From: an uncultured Gemmatimonadales bacterium
GTDB taxonomy: Bacteria > Gemmatimonadota > Gemmatimonadetes > Gemmatimonadales > GWC2-71-9
Length of the DNA: 64,000 bases
Reading direction: 5' to 3'
Assembly: GCA_963748815.1 (NCBI GenBank)
Contig: CAVVKJ010000007.1
Span: 1 to 64,000 of the forward strand
Shown here: piece by piece, positions 28,209-37,737 of the stretch
Layout of the letters: each line of letters begins with the position of its first letter
How positions within the stretch are numbered: the first letter of the stretch is position 1
The notes under the pieces: model-generated
Databases searched by the model: none
What the model was told of the DNA's origin: nothing
What the model saw: only the letters and a program-made list of their open reading frames with translations
Translations under genes and position numbers: made by a program

Positions 28209-29408
28209 ATGCGCCGACCCGTGCCTTCGCCCGCCGAACCGCCGATCGAGCCTCCAGAACCGTGGGAGCCCTTCGAGCCTGAGTTCAGCCGGATGATGAT
28301 GGACGAGGTGCTCGGCCCGATGCTGGACCATTACTTCCGGCCGGCCATCTTCGGGCGGGACAATCTCCCCGACGCGGGGCCGGTCGTGCTCGCCGCCAAC
28401 CACAGCGGCAACGCCTTCCCCTACGACGCGATCATCCTCGACGCGACGCTCTGGCGGGAAGACGGCTACGAGCCCAGCCGCAAGCTCCGGTCGGTGTACG
28501 AAAAGGAACTCTCCTACACCTGGTGGATGCGGCCGTTCGGGCTGGACAATTTTTGGCGCCGGGGCGGCGGCGTGGACATGCTGTTCGACAACTTCGACCG
28601 CCTCCTCGCGCGCCGCGACCGGATTCTCTACTTCCCCGAGGGCGTCCCCGGAATCGGCAAGGGATTCAACCGCCGGTACCAGCTCCAGCGGTTCAGCACC
28701 AGCTTCGTGCTCCTGGCCGCCCGGCACCAGGCGCCCGTCGTGCCGGTCTACATGATCAACGCGGAATGGATCAATCCGTTCGGGTACGTCTTTCCACCGC
28801 TCGACCGGCTCATGCAGCGCTTCTTCGGGGTCCCCTTCCTGCCGCTTCCCGCGGGCATCCTCGCCATCATCTTCCCGTGGATCTGGTACCTCGCCTTTCC
28901 GGCGCGGACGATTTTCGTGCTCGGCGAGCCGCTCGACATGCGGGAGTACCTCCGGCAAGCCGGGATGACGAACCTCGAGGAGCCGGACCGGCCCACGCTT
29001 CAGCGGACAGCCGAACGAGTGCGGCAGGAGATGCAGGAGCAGCTGGACGCCCTGGTCGAGATTCACGGCCGCCGCCCCTATGACGCAGCGGGCCTGTGGG
29101 AAGCGCTGAAGGCGGGATGGGGAAAGTTGCGGTGGGTGTTGCCGACTGGCTGGCCGATTTCGTTTGTCCGGCGGTCGCGCGACCTGCATCGGCCCCCCGC
29201 GCGAAACGCCCTGCACCGTATTCTTCGCGACTGGGACCTGGTCGGATTCTATCTGCCGTTCGGCTGGCCCTTCCTGACGCTGACCCGCATGTTCCGGCGG
29301 CCCCCGTACGGCTATCGCGGGGTCCCGCGGGCACGGCGCGCGGAACTCCAGGGGGCGTTCATGTGGCGGCTGTCGGACCGACCCCTACCCCCGCGCCCGC
29401 CGGCCTGA
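28209..29408 (+). CDS. PlsC-like (lyso)phospholipid/glycerol acyltransferase
   Basis: ANHSG..PYD catalytic motif, YFPEG and PVVPV. Confidence 0.8.
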   Translation: MRRPVPSPAEPPIEPPEPWEPFEPEFSRMMMDEVLGPMLDHYFRPAIFGRDNLPDAGPVVLAANHSGNAFPYDAIILDATLWREDGYEPSRKLRSVYEKELSYTWWMRPFGLDNFWRRGGGVDMLFDNFDRLLARRDRILYFPEGVPGIGKGFNRRYQLQRFSTSFVLLAARHQAPVVPVYMINAEWINPFGYVFPPLDRLMQRFFGVPFLPLPAGILAIIFPWIWYLAFPARTIFVLGEPLDMREYLRQAGMTNLEEPDRPTLQRTAERVRQEMQEQLDALVEIHGRRPYDAAGLWEALKAGWGKLRWVLPTGWPISFVRRSRDLHRPPARNALHRILRDWDLVGFYLPFGWPFLTLTRMFRRPPYGYRGVPRARRAELQGAFMWRLSDRPLPPRPPA

Positions 29409-30641
29409 GGCCGGCGCCACCGGCATCTCGCTTGTTACGGCAACCTCGAGGTCGTCGAGCGCGGTCGAAAACTCGCTGGTGACCGGATCCCGCTCGCTGA
29501 ACTGGTCCAGCCCCACGCTCGTCCAGATGTCCCTCGGCTCATCCAGCACATCCTCCCGGAGCGTGATGCCGTACGGCTTCAGCATCGGCCCGATGGTCTT
29601 GCGTCGCGCCCGCAGGTTGCGTCGTGTGGCGTCATACGCGAGCTCGCACACCCGGCGGCGGGAGCGGAAGCTGAAGATGTTGCTGAAGAACAGGTCGAAC
29701 TCGTTCCGGTCGGGCTGGAAGAGCAGAACCTCGGAGTCGGGGAATCGAGTGGTGTAGGCCGCCATCCCGACTTCCAGGCGTGAATTGATGAGCGTGCGCA
29801 CCGTTTGGCTCAACACCGTGGCGAGCCCCTTCTTGAGCAGCGCCCCCTCCTTCAGCTGACCGGCACTCACGGCGTCTCGCAGGTCGGCCGGCACCAGCGT
29901 GTTGATGCACAGCAACAAATCCACCCCGTCCTTGAGCGCCACCGACGCGTGCAGCGTTTTCAGCAGGATCCCGTCGACACAGTACCGGCCGTTGATCTTG
30001 ACCGGCGGATAGAAGCCCGGCACGGCCGTGCTGGCCTGCACGGCCGTGGAGATGGGCACGTGGTCCCAGCCAGGGGCGCCGAAGAGGATGGGCCGGCCGC
30101 TCTCGAGGTCCGTGGACACGACGATGAGTCGCTGGCGGAGCTCCCGGAAGTCATTGCTTCGGCCCTTGATACTGAAACTGTGCTCCAGAAAGCGCCGGAT
30201 GGGCTCGTTGTCGAAGAGTCCGACCGGAAGCGCCTTCGACAGCTTGGTGAGCGACTCGAACAGCGTCTGCTCTTCGGGGCCACGCCCGAACTCCAACATG
30301 GCGTCGGCAAAGAGCCGGGGGAGCATCAGGCTCCGCTTGGCCCATTCGCGATAATTGGGAGTAAAGAACGTCTGGGGGACGAAGGGGTGTTCGCCGGGCT
30401 CGTGCTTGACCAGGGCGCGCACCATCTGCGCGGTGGTCAAGTCGTTGGTGAGCGACGCGGCGATGAACGCCCCGGCGCTCACGCCGACGTAGATGTCCAG
30501 GTCGTGCAGGTTGAGGCCGTCGAGCGCCTCGTCGAGCGCCCGGAGCGCGCCGATTTCATAGACGGCGCCCTCCGGGCCGCCGCCGGCCAGCGCGAGGCCG
30601 ATCCGGCGGCGTTTCCTGCTGCGCCGTGCCTTGGGGGGCAT
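29385..30641 (-). CDS. Patatin-like phospholipase/esterase
   Basis: LALAGGG, GVSAG, ASTAVPG and VDG motifs. Confidence 0.9.
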   Translation of the reverse strand: MPPKARRSRKRRRIGLALAGGGPEGAVYEIGALRALDEALDGLNLHDLDIYVGVSAGAFIAASLTNDLTTAQMVRALVKHEPGEHPFVPQTFFTPNYREWAKRSLMLPRLFADAMLEFGRGPEEQTLFESLTKLSKALPVGLFDNEPIRRFLEHSFSIKGRSNDFRELRQRLIVVSTDLESGRPILFGAPGWDHVPISTAVQASTAVPGFYPPVKINGRYCVDGILLKTLHASVALKDGVDLLLCINTLVPADLRDAVSAGQLKEGALLKKGLATVLSQTVRTLINSRLEVGMAAYTTRFPDSEVLLFQPDRNEFDLFFSNIFSFRSRRRVCELAYDATRRNLRARRKTIGPMLKPYGITLREDVLDEPRDIWTSVGLDQFSERDPVTSEFSTALDDLEVAVTSEMPVAPASGRRARG

Positions 30642-30652
30642 GGCGCGATCCC

Positions 30653-31078
30653 TTACTTGGCCGCCCGGCGGGTGGCCTTCTTGGCGCTCCGCTTCTTCGC
30701 GGGCGTCTTCTTCGCACTCTGGACCGTGCGGGTCAACTCTTCGACCCGGCGGGTCAGCGCAAGGATTTCCTTGCGGGTCGGGATGCCGAGCTTGTTGAGC
30801 GCGGTCGAGACACCGGCGTCGATCGGGGCCGACACGCGGCCGATGGCGCCTTCCGCCTCGCCACGCAGGCTGCGGGCGCGGCCCTGCGCCTTGGTGAGCA
30901 CCTTCTCGAGGCGCGCGCGGCCGGTCTTCTCCAGCTTGGCGCCCTTCTCCACCAGGTCTTCGAAGACCCGGTTGCCCTCTTCGCCCGCGGTGGCCAGCGC
31001 GCCGAGGCCGGCGAGCCAGATGTGCTGCGCGTTGTCCTTGACCATCAGGGCCGTGTTGCTGCGATTGTTGCGTGCCAT
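30653..31078 (-). CDS. Phasin, PhaF/PhaI-type granule-associated protein
   Basis: IWLAGLGA, FEDLVEKG and LGIPTRKEI..L..RVEEL motifs; Lys/Ala-rich histone-like tail; AGGAGG RBS. Confidence 0.88.
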   Translation of the reverse strand: MARNNRSNTALMVKDNAQHIWLAGLGALATAGEEGNRVFEDLVEKGAKLEKTGRARLEKVLTKAQGRARSLRGEAEGAIGRVSAPIDAGVSTALNKLGIPTRKEILALTRRVEELTRTVQSAKKTPAKKRSAKKATRRAAK

Positions 31079-31145
31079 AACTTCCTCCTGGGTTCAGACC
31101 GCGGAGCGGCCCGTTGGTTCGCGTGATGTCCTGCCTGCCTGCACT

Positions 31146-31625
31146 CTATCCTTCAGCCCGGCGGCGCCGGGCGGTGTTGCCTGCGCTGCGCTGTTTCTTC
31201 GGCCTGGCGGCCGCGCCCTCCAATTCCCGGAGCGCCTGCTCCAGCCCTTCGATCCCGTCTCGGAGCGCCTCCATCTCGTCCCGCGCTCCCCGGACTGGCG
31301 GGAGGTGGTCGACCGACGCCTTGACCAGCCGGTCGACCCCTTCCTGCAGCTGCTCCACCCGGGCGTGGAGGGCCGCCTCGCCGCGGCGGATCACGTCGTG
31401 GAAGAGGTCGACCGAGAGCAGCGACTTGCCCTGCTTTTCGCCGTCGAGGATGATTTGCGCCAGCACCTGCCGCGTGACGTCCTCGCCGCTTCCGCTGTCC
31501 AGCACCTGCACCTCCTGGCCCTCGCGCACCCACCCCGCCACCTCGTCGAGCGAGACGTACCGGCTCTCCTCGGTGTCGTAGAGTTTGCGGCTTCCGCCGC
31601 CGTAGCGCTTGACCAGTCGGACCAC
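31146..31625 (-). CDS. phaR: PHA synthesis regulator, PhaR-type DNA-binding domain
   Basis: VKRY..SRKLYDTEESRYVSL..V.D..SGEDVTRQVLAQII. GTG at 31625 with AGGAGG RBS. Confidence 0.85.
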   Translation of the reverse strand: MVRLVKRYGGGSRKLYDTEESRYVSLDEVAGWVREGQEVQVLDSGSGEDVTRQVLAQIILDGEKQGKSLLSVDLFHDVIRRGEAALHARVEQLQEGVDRLVKASVDHLPPVRGARDEMEALRDGIEGLEQALRELEGAAARPKKQRSAGNTARRRRAEG

Positions 31626-31648
31626 GTGTCGCCTCCTGAAGTGACCGG

Positions 31649-31700
31649 AATATACCGCACTGCGGCAAAATGTCAACCCCGTGTTGCCGCACCGCGGCAA
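31649..31700 (-). promoter_or_regulatory. phaR promoter with two palindromic operators
   Basis: Minus strand reads TTGACA-N16-TATATT. Motif TTGCCGCRGTGCGGYA occurs twice: in the spacer (about 31653-31668) and at 31684-31700, the latter a perfect TTGCCGC-N3-GCGGCAA palindrome. Confidence 0.75.
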
Positions 31701-31845
31701 TACGCCCACTTCCTGCGGCCCCCCTGCCCCGCTGCCCCCCGGCCCCGCCCCCGAAGGACCGCTGGCGAAGTTGTTGATTTCGTGATAGATAGAAGGTGTT
31801 CACCAGCCTGTTCGCGTACGGCCCAGACCCCGGAGACCTCCCCGC

Positions 31846-33387
31846 ATGTTCATCCCGACCCTCCTGCTCAAGAAGCTCTACACCCTCGGCAGCCTGACCA
31901 ACGTCGAGCAGGGCGTCCGGTTCGGCATCAAGAACCGCCTCAGCAACGTCGACATCACCGCCGTGCTGTCCGTTGCGATCGACGGGGCGACGGTGCCGCT
32001 CGACCAGGTTGCCATCCACCTGCCCGGCGGCAGGATTCTCACCGCGGACACGATCGCCGGGGGCGCCCCCATCGAGTTCCCGGTCGGGATGATCCTCTCC
32101 CTGGTGGCCAAGTACCCGCCGGTCGCGGCCGGCAAGCACACCATCGCCCTGGCGGTCAAGACCAAGACCTTCGGCAAGCTCAGCTTCGACGTCGAGGACT
32201 CGATCCAGGAGGGGACCCACACCCTCGTCCGGATCCCCCGCGACGCGGAGGACGACTACAGCGATGCCGCCATCGGGGCGCGCCAGGCCTTTCTCGAGAA
32301 GGAGACCGGCGCAAAGCTGGTCCACATCGGGAAGCACTCCTTCGACGCGCACCTGACCAAGGGGAATTGCGAGCACTTCATCGGGGTGGCGCAGGTGCCG
32401 ATGGGGATCGCGGGCCCGATCACCATCAACGGCGAGCACGCGAAGGGGGACTTCCTGGTGCCGATGGCAACCTCCGAAGGCACCCTGGTCGCCTCCTACA
32501 ATCGTGGCATCAAGGTGATCAACCTTTCCGGCGGCGCCCGATGCACCGTGGTCGGCGATGCGATGCAGCGCGCCCCAGTGTTCGTGTTCGAGGACGCCCG
32601 GGGCGGTCGTGAATTCGTGCAGTGGGTGGCGGAACAGATGCCGAAGATTCGCGAGGAGGCCGAGGCCACCTCCAGCGTGGCCAAGCTCCAGTACGTGGAC
32701 CCCTACCAGTCGAACAAGTTCGTCTTCCTGCGGTTCAACTACAGCACCGGCGACGCCGCCGGCCAGAACATGGTGGGGCGCGCCACCTTCGCCGCGTGCA
32801 GCTGGATCCTGGACAATTACGCCGGCATCGTGCACTTCTACCTGGAATCGAACTTCGCCACCGACAAGAAGGCCTCCCAGATCAACGTCATGCGCACCCG
32901 GGGGAAGCGGGTCACCGCCGAGGTCACCGTGCCGCGCGACGTGCTGATCCAGCAGATGCGGGTGGAGCCGGAGAGCCTCGTGTACCACCATGGCGTCGCC
33001 AATGTCGGCGCCTTCATCAGCGGGGCCAACAACAACGGCGCCCATTCCGCCAACGGCATCACCGCCCTCTTCATCGCCACCGGACAGGATGTGGCCAACG
33101 TGGCGGAATCGTCCGCCGCCATCCTGTACGCGGAGCTGACGAAGAACCGCGACATGTACCTGTCCATCACCATTCCCTCGTTGATCATCGCCACGCACGG
33201 CGGCGGAACCGGCCTGCCGACCCAGGGGGAGTCGCTCGACATCCTTGGCTGTCGCGGGCGGGGCAAGGTCAACAAGCTCGCCGAGATCATCGCGGGGGTC
33301 GTCCTGGCCGGGGAAATTTCGCTCGCGTCGGCGATCTCCTCCTCGGACTGGGTGTCCAGTCACGAGCAGTACGGCCGGAACCGGTAG
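31846..33387 (+). CDS. Class I-like HMG-CoA reductase with extra ~120-aa N-terminal domain
   Basis: PMATSEGTLVAS, TGDAAGQNM, TDKK, ATGQDVANV, GGGT, GEISL and C-terminal catalytic His (SHEQYGR). Confidence 0.88.
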   Translation: MFIPTLLLKKLYTLGSLTNVEQGVRFGIKNRLSNVDITAVLSVAIDGATVPLDQVAIHLPGGRILTADTIAGGAPIEFPVGMILSLVAKYPPVAAGKHTIALAVKTKTFGKLSFDVEDSIQEGTHTLVRIPRDAEDDYSDAAIGARQAFLEKETGAKLVHIGKHSFDAHLTKGNCEHFIGVAQVPMGIAGPITINGEHAKGDFLVPMATSEGTLVASYNRGIKVINLSGGARCTVVGDAMQRAPVFVFEDARGGREFVQWVAEQMPKIREEAEATSSVAKLQYVDPYQSNKFVFLRFNYSTGDAAGQNMVGRATFAACSWILDNYAGIVHFYLESNFATDKKASQINVMRTRGKRVTAEVTVPRDVLIQQMRVEPESLVYHHGVANVGAFISGANNNGAHSANGITALFIATGQDVANVAESSAAILYAELTKNRDMYLSITIPSLIIATHGGGTGLPTQGESLDILGCRGRGKVNKLAEIIAGVVLAGEISLASAISSSDWVSSHEQYGRNR

Positions 33388-33394
33388 CCGGTCG

Positions 33395-34411
33395 ATGCGC
33401 GCGCTCCTGCCCGAGTACGCCCGGATGCGGGAGCGCGAGCCGGTCGGCCGCGCGGTGGTGGTCTCGGTGTGGGGCTCGGCGCCCCAGGCCGAAGGCGCCG
33501 CCATGCTGGTATCGGCGAGCGGCGCCATGGCGGGATCGGTGTCGGGGGGGTGCGTCGAGACGGCGGCGGCCGAGGCGGTGCAGGCAGCGATCGCCGCCGG
33601 GGTCCCGCAGCTCATTCGCTACGGCATCAGCGACGCGCGGGCCTGGGAGGTCGGACTCTCCTGCGGAGGCACGCTGGAGCTGCTGGTGGAACCGGAGGTC
33701 GCCGCGGAAGTGCTCGACGCCGCGGCCGGGCCGGGCGGCGTGGTCGTGGCCACGGTGCTCGATGGCCCCGCCATCGGCCGGCGCCTCACCGTGGTCGACC
33801 CGGCGCGCGGAGACGACTCCGAGCTCGCCACCTTGGCGTTCGAAGCGCTCCGGACCGGACGCTCGCGGAAGGCGACCGTTCCGCTCGACGGACAGGACGC
33901 CACGGTCTTCCTCGAGGCGTTCTGCCGACCTCCGCGCCTCGTCGTCTTCGGCGGGGTCCACGTGGCCGCCGAACTGGTCCCGCTGGCCCGTGCCCTCGGC
34001 TACCGGACGATGGTGGCCGACGGGCGCCCGGCGTTTCTCACGCGAGATCGATTTCCCCTCGCGGACGAACTGATCGTCGGCTGGCCCGACGAGGCCTTCG
34101 CGCAGGCGGGCCTCGATTCCGCCACCGCGGTTGCCGTGCTGACGCACGATCCGAAATTTGACGACCCCGCGCTCCTGATCGCGCTCCGGTCCCCGGCGAT
34201 GTACGTCGGCGCGATCGGATCGAGGAAGACACAAGCGGCCCGCCGCGAACGGTTGCGCGCGGCCGGACTGACGGAAGTGGAGTTGGGGAGGCTGTTCGGG
34301 CCGATCGGGCTGGACCTGGGGGGGCGATCGCCTGCGGAAACGGCGCTGGCGATTCTCGCGGAGATCACGGCGGCCCGCTACGGCGCGGGAGTCACCCGAG
34401 GCGCGGGGTAG
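33395..34411 (+). CDS. xdhC: XdhC/CoxI-family molybdoenzyme maturation factor
   Basis: WGSAP, GSVSGGCVE, GLSCGG, LTHDPKFD, YVGAIGS and PIGLDLG..PAETALAILAE motifs. Confidence 0.9.
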   Translation: MRALLPEYARMREREPVGRAVVVSVWGSAPQAEGAAMLVSASGAMAGSVSGGCVETAAAEAVQAAIAAGVPQLIRYGISDARAWEVGLSCGGTLELLVEPEVAAEVLDAAAGPGGVVVATVLDGPAIGRRLTVVDPARGDDSELATLAFEALRTGRSRKATVPLDGQDATVFLEAFCRPPRLVVFGGVHVAAELVPLARALGYRTMVADGRPAFLTRDRFPLADELIVGWPDEAFAQAGLDSATAVAVLTHDPKFDDPALLIALRSPAMYVGAIGSRKTQAARRERLRAAGLTEVELGRLFGPIGLDLGGRSPAETALAILAEITAARYGAGVTRGAG

Positions 34412-34415
34412 GACG

Positions 34416-34781
34416 TCAGCTCTGCGTAATCAGGAATTCCTTCGCCGCCTCGAGGTCGCTGAAGGCGGGGATGCTCCGCTTGGAAAACCGCATGACCGTG
34501 GTGTAGACCACCTTCTGCAATCCTGACAGCCCCACCACCGCACCGGCGATGACGTACGGCCTGTTGTTCACGGCCAGCCGCTTGATCGCCTCCAGCACCT
34601 CGCCGTTGAACCGGCTCCCCGCCACATAGGTCAGGGTGCGGACGCTTCGGAACGGCTGCGCCTGCACCAGCCGCCCTGCGTCCTCGATGGCGGTCAGCGC
34701 CTCCTCGGTGGTCTGGACATTGGCGAAGTCCAGAAAGGCGAGCTGGACCCCCTTGTGCTCGATGAACGTCGTGCTGGCCAT
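34416..34781 (-). CDS. Hypothetical STAS/SEC14 (SpoIIAA-like) protein
   Basis: 121 aa with GGAG RBS; FIEHKG..DF and GAVVGLSG, ending F.DLEAAKEFL. Confidence 0.6.
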   Translation of the reverse strand: MASTTFIEHKGVQLAFLDFANVQTTEEALTAIEDAGRLVQAQPFRSVRTLTYVAGSRFNGEVLEAIKRLAVNNRPYVIAGAVVGLSGLQKVVYTTVMRFSKRSIPAFSDLEAAKEFLITQS

Positions 34782-34812
34782 CACGTCTCCAGTCGGTTCA
34801 TTGACTTGCCAC

Positions 34813-35265
34813 TCAGGGCAGCGCGGCGACCTTGCGAAGCTCCCGCAGCACCGCGCGCTGGGCGGCGGCGTCCCGCACCGCCACAAAGATAGTGTCGTCT
34901 CCTGCGATCGTGCCGACCACCCCGGCCCATGACAGCCGATCGAGCGCGGCACCGACGGGGCTTGCCTCGCCCGGCGGCGTTCGGAGGACGACCAGCGCGT
35001 CGCCCGCGGTCTCCACGCCGATAAGGGCCTCGGCGATCCGCCGCAGGTCGGGATCGTCCACCGGGCGCGCCACCACCACCGGGCGACGATAGACGCCGTT
35101 CACCTTGACGAGCCGCAGCGCCGCGATATCCCGGCTCACCGACGACTGGGTGACGGACCACCCCTCCGCCGCCAGCGCCGCCGCCACCTCCTCCTGCGTG
35201 CGCAGCGCCTGGGTGCTGATCAACTCCAGAATTTTCAGGTGACGCTTCCGCCGGTCGGTGCTCAC
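34813..35265 (-). CDS. argR: Arginine repressor
   Basis: R...ILELI, TQEE, VTQSSVSRDI and GTIAGDDTIF motifs. GTGA overlap with argH. Confidence 0.93.
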   Translation of the reverse strand: MSTDRRKRHLKILELISTQALRTQEEVAAALAAEGWSVTQSSVSRDIAALRLVKVNGVYRRPVVVARPVDDPDLRRIAEALIGVETAGDALVVLRTPPGEASPVGAALDRLSWAGVVGTIAGDDTIFVAVRDAAAQRAVLRELRKVAALP

Positions 35266-36661
35266 AACTTCCTCTCCGGGCCCCGTCCGGCCAGCCGCCG
35301 GAGCGCCCTCTCGAAGCGTTGCCGCTCGCGCCCGCTCCACTGGTGCCGGGCCCGGACGCGGGCGCGCGCCGCGGGGAGCCCGAGGTTGCCCAGCCCTCCG
35401 GTCGACCGGCGCCGGGCGAGCAGCTCCCGCCGGGTCGGCGCCGGGAAATGCGCACCTGCCTTCAGCTCGACCGCCACGTCGCGATAGGCGCGCCGGAAGG
35501 GCACCCCCTCCTCCACCCGTCGCATCACCTCGTCGGTGGCCAGCGCGTCACCCGCGATGGCCGCGGTACACCGGTCCGCATTCACGCCGAGCGAGGGAAT
35601 GGCCACCGCCAGCATCGACAGCATCTCGCGCGTCCGCTGCAGCCCGCGAAAGAGGGGCTCCTTCAGCAGCTGGAAATCGCGATGGTACCCGCCGGTGAGG
35701 CGGGATGCCACGTGCAGCAGCGCGGCATGATCGCCGTGCACGGTGGCGGCGCGGGCACGCGTCAGTTCGAAGAGGTCGGGATTGCGTTTGTGCGGCATGA
35801 TGCTGGAGCCGGTGGCGAGCCGCGCCGGGAGCTCGGAGGTAGCCGTACTCCTCCGCGCTGAAGAGGATGACGTCGGAGCTGAAGCGGGCCAGGTCGTGCC
35901 CCAGCTCTCCGCACCACGCGAGCACGGCGGCTTCGAGCTTTCCCCGTCCGAGCTGCACCGCGGCCACATTGTGTTCCACGGACCCGAACCCCAGCGCCCG
36001 CGCCGTCGCCTCCCGATCGAGCGGCAACGGGACACCATACCCTGCGGCGCTTCCGAGCGGCGATCGGTCCACCCGCGCCCACAAGCGCGGGAAGCGACTC
36101 CAGGGTATCGAGCAACCCCTCGGCGTATGCCGCGGCCCAGAGCCCGATGGACGACGGCATCGCCTTCCGGGAATGGGTGTACCCGGGCCAGAGCTGGTCG
36201 CGATGGCGCGCGGCAAAGGCAAGGAGCGCCTGCGCCACGTCCTCGGCGGTCTCGTGCAACTCCAGCAGCTGGTTCTTCAGGTAGAGCCGGAGGTCGCACG
36301 CCACCTGGTCGTTGCGCGACCGACCGGTATGCAGCTGCTCGCCGACGACTCCGTGCCGCCGGGTGATCCAGTCCTCCACGGCGCTGTGCGCGTCCTCATG
36401 GACGAGATCGATCACGAGCACTCCTGCCTCGACCTCCCGGAGCGCGCGGCGGAGCGCTGTCCGGAGCTTCCCGTGCGCGTTCGCCGACAGGAGCTTCGAT
36501 GCGCGCAGTCCTTCCACGTGTCCCAGGCTCCCGTACACGTCCCAGGGAAGGAGGCGCATGTCCCAGAGCCGGTCCTCGCCAACCGTGTAGTCGAGCATCA
36601 GGCGATCAGGGTCGTCGGAGGGCGACCAGAGCGTTCGCGGCGACGTGCGACGAGGGGTCAT
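35262..36661 (-). CDS. argH: Argininosuccinate lyase; two apparent +1 frameshifts near 36084 and 35836
   Basis: HTGRSRNDQV and PGYTH in the first frame, SPLGSAAGYG in the second, GSSIMPHKRNPD and GYHRD in the third. Confidence 0.88.
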
Positions 36662-37737
36662 TGCAGATACTCCCCTGCAAGATCGGCATAGAACCGGCGG
36701 GCGGCGGATACCTGCCCCAAATCTACGCATTCGTCGGGGGTGTGGGAGCGCTGGCTCGTGCCCGGCCCGCACTTCACCGCATCGAGGTGCCGCAGGAAGA
36801 CCCAGTCGCTGCAGGTGGGGCTGCCGTAGCGCGAGGCCGCGGGACGAAGCGATGCGCAGGCCGCGAGCAAGCGGGACCCAGGCGGCGTTTCGCAGGGGAC
36901 CAGCCGATCGGAGGTAACAATCACCTCGCCGGAGAGGGCGCTCCGAAGCCCCTCGGCGAGCTCCTCGTGCGTCCACGCCGGTGTGCTGCGGATGTCGAGG
37001 ACCGCCTTGGCCGAGGGGGGCGTCACGTTCCGGCTCACGCCGGCGCTGACCATCGTCGCCGTCACGGTCGGGTGCCCGAGGATCGGGTGAGGACGACCGG
37101 TGAAGAGGGTCTCGAGCTGGAGAAGGTCGCGCGCCAGCGCCGTCAGGGCGTTGGTGAATGGACCATCCTCATTGACCCGACCGGCGTGGCGCTGGTCGCC
37201 GTGGGCGATCAGCTCGGCCATCATCAGGCCGCGCTGGGCGACGGCGACATCGAGATCGGTGGGTTCGCCGACAACGGCGGCGTCGATCCTCCCGGCGCGG
37301 GCCACCAGGTCGGGCATCGAGGTGTTGCGGGTCTCTTCGCCGAGGCCAAAGAGGAGCAGCAGGTCGCCTCGCGCCGGCCCTCCGCCTTCGGCAACGTCGC
37401 GCGCGGCCGTCAGCATCGCCGCGACGGAGGCCTTCGCGTCGCCGGAACCGCGTCCGAAGAGCTGGCCGCCTTCGATGACGGGGGTGAACGGGTCGCGCGT
37501 CCACCCTGACCCGGGCGGCACGACGTCGAGGTGCGACACCAGCGCAAGCGTCGGGCCGGCCCCCTTCCCGCTGAGGCGCACGGACACGCCCGCCGTATCC
37601 AGGACGACGGGGAGGCCCCAGCGACGGGCGGTTTCCTCGACGAGGCTCGCCACCGCCGCCTCCTCGCCGCTCACGGAGGGAACGGCGACGAGTTCCCGGA
37701 GGAGCTCGACTTCAGTCGGCCAGGTCGACGCCGAGAT
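36658..37737 (-). CDS. argE: M20 family acyl-ornithine/acyl-citrulline deacylase; start uncertain
   Basis: LLRELVAVPSVSG, SHLDVV, GRGSGDAK, GEE, VGEPT and SHTPDE motifs. Located between argB and argH. Confidence 0.85.
   Translation of the reverse strand: MSASTWPTEVELLRELVAVPSVSGEEAAVASLVEETARRWGLPVVLDTAGVSVRLSGKGAGPTLALVSHLDVVPPGSGWTRDPFTPVIEGGQLFGRGSGDAKASVAAMLTAARDVAEGGGPARGDLLLLFGLGEETRNTSMPDLVARAGRIDAAVVGEPTDLDVAVAQRGLMMAELIAHGDQRHAGRVNEDGPFTNALTALARDLLQLETLFTGRPHPILGHPTVTATMVSAGVSRNVTPPSAKAVLDIRSTPAWTHEELAEGLRSALSGEVIVTSDRLVPCETPPGSRLLAACASLRPAASRYGSPTCSDWVFLRHLDAVKCGPGTSQRSHTPDECVDLGQVSAARRFYADLAGEYLQ

Noticed and set aside
31720..31760. C-rich tract (G-rich on the minus strand) as a G-quadruplex element
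   Set aside because: Plausible by chance at this GC content; no supporting evidence.
29805..32612. 935-aa plus-strand ORF
   Set aside because: Spans patatin, phasin and phaR in antisense and HMGR out of frame; no domain signal.
35262..36661. argH as a true pseudogene or programmed frameshift
   Set aside because: All catalytic motifs are intact, there are no slippery heptamers, and the same +1 pattern occurs in unrelated genes.
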